NCBI GenBank assembly: GCA_030765235.1
Contig: JAVCCW010000029.1
Location: forward strand, 219,499-283,498
Reading direction: 5' to 3'
DNA length: 64,000 bases
From: Candidatus Gorgyraea atricola
GTDB lineage: Bacteria; Omnitrophota; Gorgyraeia; Gorgyraeales; Gorgyraeaceae
Shown: one piece after another, positions 59,365 to 64,000 of the stretch
Layout of the letters: each line of letters begins with the position of its first letter
How positions within the stretch are numbered: position 1 is the stretch's first letter
Made by a program: the position numbers and the translations under genes
The notes under the pieces: generated by a model
Seen by the model: only the letters and a program-made list of their open reading frames with translations
Database searches by the model: none
Told to the model about the DNA's origin: nothing

Positions 59365-60564
59365 ATGTCGAAAAGAACTGGAACATTATTTAATATGGGA
59401 TTTACCAAGGGACGCCATACATTAGGGTTTATATTTTTGTTAGCCTTTATCATAAGGCTGTTATTTGTATTGCAGAGTAGCGACATTCCTACGGCAGATG
59501 CTTATATTTATGATGGATTAGGATTATCGCTGAGTCAGGGTAATGGTTATGTAAATATGTATGGCAGTCCTCATTCCTTTTATCCTCCGTTTTATCCGTT
59601 TTTTTTATCACTGATCTATGCTATTTTTGGGCATAGTTATCTCGCGGTAAGGATTATCCAGTCTATTTTAGGCGCGTTGACGTGCGTATTTATATATTCT
59701 ATAGGGAATAGGCTGAAAGGCAGCGCTGTCGGCGTATTATCTGCTTCAGTAGCGGCGTTATACTTTGTATTTATAAAGAGCGCAGAGCTTTTGCTCACAG
59801 AATCATTTTTTACTTTTCTTTTATGCGCGATAGTTTTTTATATTCTTAAAATCAGGGAGAAAGAAGCTGTGCTCAAAAACTATGCCATTTTAGGATTATT
59901 AATAGGCGTGTCGCTTCTTACCAAGTCAGCGATGATGTTTTTTCCATTATTTTTGCTACCAGTGTTTATCGATATAAAAAAAGACAGGACAAAAAAATAT
60001 TTATTGATGTTGCTATTTTTTGTCCTGACGGTTTCTCCATGGCTTATAAGGAATTATAATGTTTTTCATGGATTTATCGGGGTTTCCACGCAGAGCGGTA
60101 TAGGTTTTTATTCTTCTTATCGGCCCCCTGAAGGCATATTCGGGAGGCTTGCCACTTCTGATGATCCCGTAATCAGAGAAGCAGGAAATATTGCTTCGCC
60201 TGTTTTGCGCAGTAATTTTTTAATAAAAAAGACATTCGAGTTTATATCGGAGAATCCCGTAGAAGTTTTAAGGTTGGAACTCAAGAAGATCTTATCTTTC
60301 TGGGCTCCGTTTGACTGGGAGATAGTAGGCGGGAGATGGTTTAATTTTGTATATGCAGCGATACTGCCATTTTTCGCGGTCGGAGCCTTACTTTCCCTTA
60401 AGGAATTTAAGAAGATTTACCCGGTTTTACTGCCAATAATTTATTTTCAAATAGTGGCTTTAGTCTTTTATGGCTCGCCGCGCTTTAGATTACCTGTGGA
60501 GCCATATATATTTATTCTGGCAACAGTAGGGTTTTTAGTATGCTGGAGGAGGTGGCGGGTATGA
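59365..60564 (+). CDS. GT-C fold membrane glycosyltransferase (ArnT/PMT-like), paralogue of 53957
   Basis: See ORF 53957. Shared sequence block, about 11 TM helices. Confidence 0.6.
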   Translation: MSKRTGTLFNMGFTKGRHTLGFIFLLAFIIRLLFVLQSSDIPTADAYIYDGLGLSLSQGNGYVNMYGSPHSFYPPFYPFFLSLIYAIFGHSYLAVRIIQSILGALTCVFIYSIGNRLKGSAVGVLSASVAALYFVFIKSAELLLTESFFTFLLCAIVFYILKIREKEAVLKNYAILGLLIGVSLLTKSAMMFFPLFLLPVFIDIKKDRTKKYLLMLLFFVLTVSPWLIRNYNVFHGFIGVSTQSGIGFYSSYRPPEGIFGRLATSDDPVIREAGNIASPVLRSNFLIKKTFEFISENPVEVLRLELKKILSFWAPFDWEIVGGRWFNFVYAAILPFFAVGALLSLKEFKKIYPVLLPIIYFQIVALVFYGSPRFRLPVEPYIFILATVGFLVCWRRWRV

Positions 60565-61415
60565 TCGATGAGTTTTATAGAGAGATTATTAAAAGACTCG
60601 ATATCCATTTTTTTGTTGAGACAGGCACAGATATGGGGGAGACGGTAGCTGAAGTGGCTAGGTGGTTTTCGGAGATGGATTCCAGATTTGGAAAAATATC
60701 TGATTATGCAGTGACTGGTGCAAGATACTATAGCTTAAATAGCAAACTCATTAAGTATCCTATTTTTGAAGATGTTAGTGAATCTCAATTTAATTTATTT
60801 TCTGTAGATATTGATCGTCATTCATTTGAGAGCGCCAGAGAACTTTTTAAAACAAATAAAAATATTAAACTGTTTCATGGGGATTCTGCAAAATTTTTAC
60901 AAAAGTGTATTGATGAAGGCATATTTAAAAGTTCGAAAACAATATTTTTTCTCGATGCACATTGGGGGAAGTATTGGCCGTTAAGAGATGAGCTAAAGCA
61001 AGCATTAAAACTTGAGAAATCCGTCATTATAATAGACGATTTTTTTGTTCCTAGACGATCAAGTAAGCATCGGCCGCATGGAGATTTTGGATTTGATTTT
61101 TATTATGGGAGGATTTTGTGCTGGGGATATATTTACGATTTATTTTATAACGTAGATGTCAGAGTGTATTATCCTACCCATTCAAATAAATACGGCAGGG
61201 GTTTTGTTGTGTTGTTCAAAGGGTATAGTAGTGAAGAGCTTAGTTTTTTGAAAAGCATGCCGTTAGAGTATTTTGATAAAGACAACCCATTACATAGAAA
61301 ACCAGTTTCTCTATCTTTGTTGGCATATTTTGATTTTTATTATTTTGTACGTCGCATAGTCCCTTTATCATTACTGAGAAGAGCTATAAGGATGTTTCAA
61401 AAGATAGTCCATTGA
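60561..61415 (+). CDS. Hypothetical protein, possibly a methyltransferase-like (TylF/CmcI-like) fold
   Basis: HFFVETGTDMGET and FFLDAHW are weakly reminiscent of macrocin-O-MTase/cephalosporin hydroxylase-like folds. ATG 60561 follows GGAGGAGG and overlaps the upstream stop (ATGA). Confidence 0.35.
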   Translation: MIDEFYREIIKRLDIHFFVETGTDMGETVAEVARWFSEMDSRFGKISDYAVTGARYYSLNSKLIKYPIFEDVSESQFNLFSVDIDRHSFESARELFKTNKNIKLFHGDSAKFLQKCIDEGIFKSSKTIFFLDAHWGKYWPLRDELKQALKLEKSVIIIDDFFVPRRSSKHRPHGDFGFDFYYGRILCWGYIYDLFYNVDVRVYYPTHSNKYGRGFVVLFKGYSSEELSFLKSMPLEYFDKDNPLHRKPVSLSLLAYFDFYYFVRRIVPLSLLRRAIRMFQKIVH

Positions 61416-61422
61416 GTATATT

Positions 61423-62907
61423 ATGAAGCCCTTGCTTTCGGAACAAGAGAAAAACAGGACCATTTATTGGGACAAGTTTGACCCTTTTGTAGAATTACGG
61501 ATGGGATGGCGGGCTTCTATGATGCGCCATCTTTTTCATATTCTTCCGGGGCAGAGCATTCTTGAGATAGGAGGGGGTAACGGAAAATTTACACAGGTTT
61601 TAGCCCAGGCAACGCGAGGAGAATGCAAGATAACATCTATAGTTTTTTCACGCGAATATTTGGATAATAAAAAGAATCTTGCCTGCTCCAATGTAGATAC
61701 ATTATACATGGATATGTTTCCGGGATCATTAGTAGATAGAAAGTTTGATTGTGTAGTGGCGCAAGATATGTTAGAAAAAAACACTGCAACTGATTTTCTC
61801 TATATCGTTAAATCTTTGATAAAACCCGGCGGGAGCCTTCTTTTGTTCGAGCCTAATTCCTGGAATCCTTATTATAGAATCCGCAGAACGATCAGAAAAA
61901 TATTACCGGTAGACTGGAAACGTCCGTCAGAAGGCGTTTTACTTAATAGGCTGCAGGTGTTTTCTGTTTTGTCAGAAATAGGATATGCTAAAATCAATGT
62001 CCTTCCTTACGATTTTCTTTATTCACCGATTCCCAAATTTTTAGTATGGCCGGCCAAGAACATGAGTATCATTATGGAAAATTGCCCTTATTTAAGAAAT
62101 CTTGCCGGTTCATTGTATATTTGGGCGCAGAATCCTGCTTTTGAGAACCACAAAGAATTAACCGTGGATCTATGTGAACATCCCATGTTCTTTAAAAAGG
62201 TATCTTTTATAATACCATGTCATAATGAAGAGATGAATATAAAGTCGTTGGTAAAGAATTTAAAGGATTTTTATGACAGGTATATTTTTGAAATTATTAT
62301 AGTAGATGATAATTCGAAAGACAGAACTGCTGAAATAACCGAGGCATTAGTGAAAGAAGATAGCCGTATAAGGCTTATAAAGCGTGTGCCTCCGAACGGA
62401 GTCGGCAGGGCTTTGCGAGATGGTCTGAAAAAGGCGAAGGGCGAATACATTTTAATAATGGACAGTGATTTTCAACATATTATCCCTGAAATGAGAGATC
62501 TTTTCGATGTCGTAGCCAAAGGCGCTGACGTAGCAGTAGGCTCCAGGTTTTCTCGTGATTCTGTTTTGGTAAAATATGATTTCACAAAAATTATAGCCAA
62601 TCGTTTTTTTCATATATTAGCCAATTTATTTCTTGGCAGGCATTTTCGGGATATTTCCAATAATTTGAAGATTTTTCGCCGCGAAGTAATTGAGAAAATT
62701 ACAATTGAATCGGATGATTTTGCTGCAAATGCCGAGACAGGCCTAAAACCTTTATTGCTCGGTTATAATGTTAAGGAGGTACCTATTTCCTGGATAAACA
62801 GAAGCGTAGACATGGGCGTTTCTTCTTTCAAGGTCTTTAAGACGGGACCAAATTATTTTAAGATTTTATTAAAACTGGTATGGCGACGGATAATAGGTAA
62901 GTTATGA
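61423..62907 (+). CDS. Fusion: class I SAM methyltransferase + GT2 (Dpm1-like) glycosyltransferase
   Basis: N-terminal ILEIGGGNGKFTQVL (motif I). C-terminal VSFIIPCHNEE...IIVDDNSKD...IMDSDFQH. Confidence 0.75.
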   Translation: MKPLLSEQEKNRTIYWDKFDPFVELRMGWRASMMRHLFHILPGQSILEIGGGNGKFTQVLAQATRGECKITSIVFSREYLDNKKNLACSNVDTLYMDMFPGSLVDRKFDCVVAQDMLEKNTATDFLYIVKSLIKPGGSLLLFEPNSWNPYYRIRRTIRKILPVDWKRPSEGVLLNRLQVFSVLSEIGYAKINVLPYDFLYSPIPKFLVWPAKNMSIIMENCPYLRNLAGSLYIWAQNPAFENHKELTVDLCEHPMFFKKVSFIIPCHNEEMNIKSLVKNLKDFYDRYIFEIIIVDDNSKDRTAEITEALVKEDSRIRLIKRVPPNGVGRALRDGLKKAKGEYILIMDSDFQHIIPEMRDLFDVVAKGADVAVGSRFSRDSVLVKYDFTKIIANRFFHILANLFLGRHFRDISNNLKIFRREVIEKITIESDDFAANAETGLKPLLLGYNVKEVPISWINRSVDMGVSSFKVFKTGPNYFKILLKLVWRRIIGKL

Positions 62908-64000
62908 AAATAAAATCTGCAGCGCCTATTTTTATTATAATCCTGGCGTCTTTATTTATAAATTTATGGGGAATAGCTCATGACATGCCTCATAGTTACG
63001 AACATGATGAAATAAATTTTGTCGTAACTGCTCTTAGTCTTGGCAAAGGAGAGCTGAACACCGGTTTTATACACGGGGGTTTTTTATATCATTTTTTATT
63101 TTTTGAATATATTATTTTTTATTTTATTAAGTTATTTTCAGGAAGCATAAAAACTACCAGTGACTTTTTGTTATATTATATAAATAATCCGGAAGCGTTC
63201 TTTTTGATAGGAAGAATCAGCATTGCTCTGTTAGCTACATTTTCTGTATTTTTAACATATCTGATAGCTAAAGGTTTAGCAAATAGATTCTCCGGTTTTT
63301 TAGCTGCGTTATTTCTGGCTTTTTCCCTGCTATATGTCATTATGGCGCATTTAATAAAAGCAGATATCATCTACGTTCTTTTTTTACTGCTTTCTTTTCT
63401 CTGTACAATGCGTGGCAATAGAAATAAGAAATTTTTTTATTTGGCCGCTTTCCTGATAGGGCTTGCCATTTCTGTCAAGTATTTGGCAGTATTCGGTATA
63501 TTTTTTGTTTTATCAGGATTTTTTCTTGAGAAAAAATCGATAAAGGAAATAGTGAAAGACTGTTTATTTATGTGTATTTTTGTAATAGCAGGATTTTTTC
63601 TCGGCCAACCTTTTATTATATTTTATATAGGAACTTTTTTAAAAGCCATTTTCGGGTTAAGCCCTGTTTTTACAGTTCCTATTGGAGATCGCGGCGATCC
63701 TACATGGCATTTGTATTTAGTATGTTTAAAAAGATCAATAGGTATATGTTTATTTATAGCGTTTTTCTTATCTTTTTTGTTAATTTTTAAAAAGGATAGG
63801 CGAAAAGCAAGTATACTTATTTTGCCTTATATCCTGGCTTACTTTTTATTTATTTTTTTAGCAGCCAATGCGCGGCCAAGTTACTTAATGGGCGTTTTAC
63901 CTTTCGTATGTATTTATACAGCTATCTTTATAGCTGACATAGTTTCTTATATAAATACTAGATTGCAAAATACATTTATTTATTCAATAGTAGGTTTTTT
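62904..64000 (+). CDS. GT-C fold membrane glycosyltransferase (ArnT/PMT/GT39-like), 3'-truncated by the window edge
   Basis: Translated by hand from ATG 62904, which overlaps the upstream stop. The product, MKIKSAAPIFIIILASLFINLWGIAHDMPHSYEHDE..., has many TM helices and no stop before 64000. It is not in the ORF table because it runs off the end of the window. Confidence 0.6.
   Translation, partial: MKIKSAAPIFIIILASLFINLWGIAHDMPHSYEHDEINFVVTALSLGKGELNTGFIHGGFLYHFLFFEYIIFYFIKLFSGSIKTTSDFLLYYINNPEAFFLIGRISIALLATFSVFLTYLIAKGLANRFSGFLAALFLAFSLLYVIMAHLIKADIIYVLFLLLSFLCTMRGNRNKKFFYLAAFLIGLAISVKYLAVFGIFFVLSGFFLEKKSIKEIVKDCLFMCIFVIAGFFLGQPFIIFYIGTFLKAIFGLSPVFTVPIGDRGDPTWHLYLVCLKRSIGICLFIAFFLSFLLIFKKDRRKASILILPYILAYFLFIFLAANARPSYLMGVLPFVCIYTAIFIADIVSYINTRLQNTFIYSIVGF

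Noticed and set aside
63572-63790. 72-aa ORF listed near the window end
   Set aside because: It lies in an alternative frame within the hand-translated GT-C gene that starts at 62904 and runs off the window.
1-64000. Mobile-element content (IS/transposase, integrase, phage genes) that might flank a horizontally acquired island
   Set aside because: No transposase-like (DDE), integrase-like (R...HxxR...Y) or tRNA sequences were recognised. Island boundaries, if any, lie outside this window.
1-64000. CRISPR array or other regularly spaced direct repeats
   Set aside because: No series of direct repeats of 25-40 bp with uniform spacers was seen. The only repeated non-coding element is the hairpin pair at 30.8-31.0 kb.

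Overview
This 64-kb window is AT-rich and gene-dense, with about 55 ORFs on the + strand and one on the - strand (27305-28072). Many ORFs overlap by 4 nt (ATGA) or less, so they are probably translationally coupled. I read the whole window as one glycan/glycoconjugate biosynthesis island. No rRNA, tRNA, CRISPR array, transposase or integrase was seen.

The main blocks are:
- 1-12.5 kb: a nonulosonic-acid (pseudaminic/legionaminic-type) biosynthesis block. It holds a NeuC/LegG-like 2-epimerase, a WbuX/PseA-like amidotransferase, a PtmE-like CBS-nucleotidyltransferase and a NeuA-like CMP-transferase. These are followed by PseB-, PseC-, PseF-(fused), PseG-, PseI/NeuB- and PseH-like genes, then a small hisH'-'neuB fusion remnant.
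- 12.8-23 kb: an MsbA/PglK-like ABC exporter and an unusual set of C-C-bond enzymes. These are an HpcH/HpaI aldolase, an HMGL-like TIM barrel fused to a GT42/MptE-like sialyltransferase-fold domain, a 2x[4Fe-4S] protein, a HAD phosphatase, a B12-radical SAM enzyme, a KdsB-like CMP-ulosonate synthetase and a large transferase-like protein.
- 23-47 kb: many GT2/GT4 glycosyltransferases, a CE4 deacetylase, an RmlD-like reductase, a Wzx flippase, AsnB-like and WbuX-like amidotransferases, a SPASM radical SAM enzyme and a run of SAM methyltransferases.
- 47-64 kb: three tandem modules, each pairing a polyprenyl-phosphate-type GT2 with a GT-C (ArnT/PMT-like) membrane glycosyltransferase. They include several domain fusions (GT4-DUF218, GT2-radical SAM, MTase-GT2).

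All functional calls come from motif and family recognition by eye. No database search was run.
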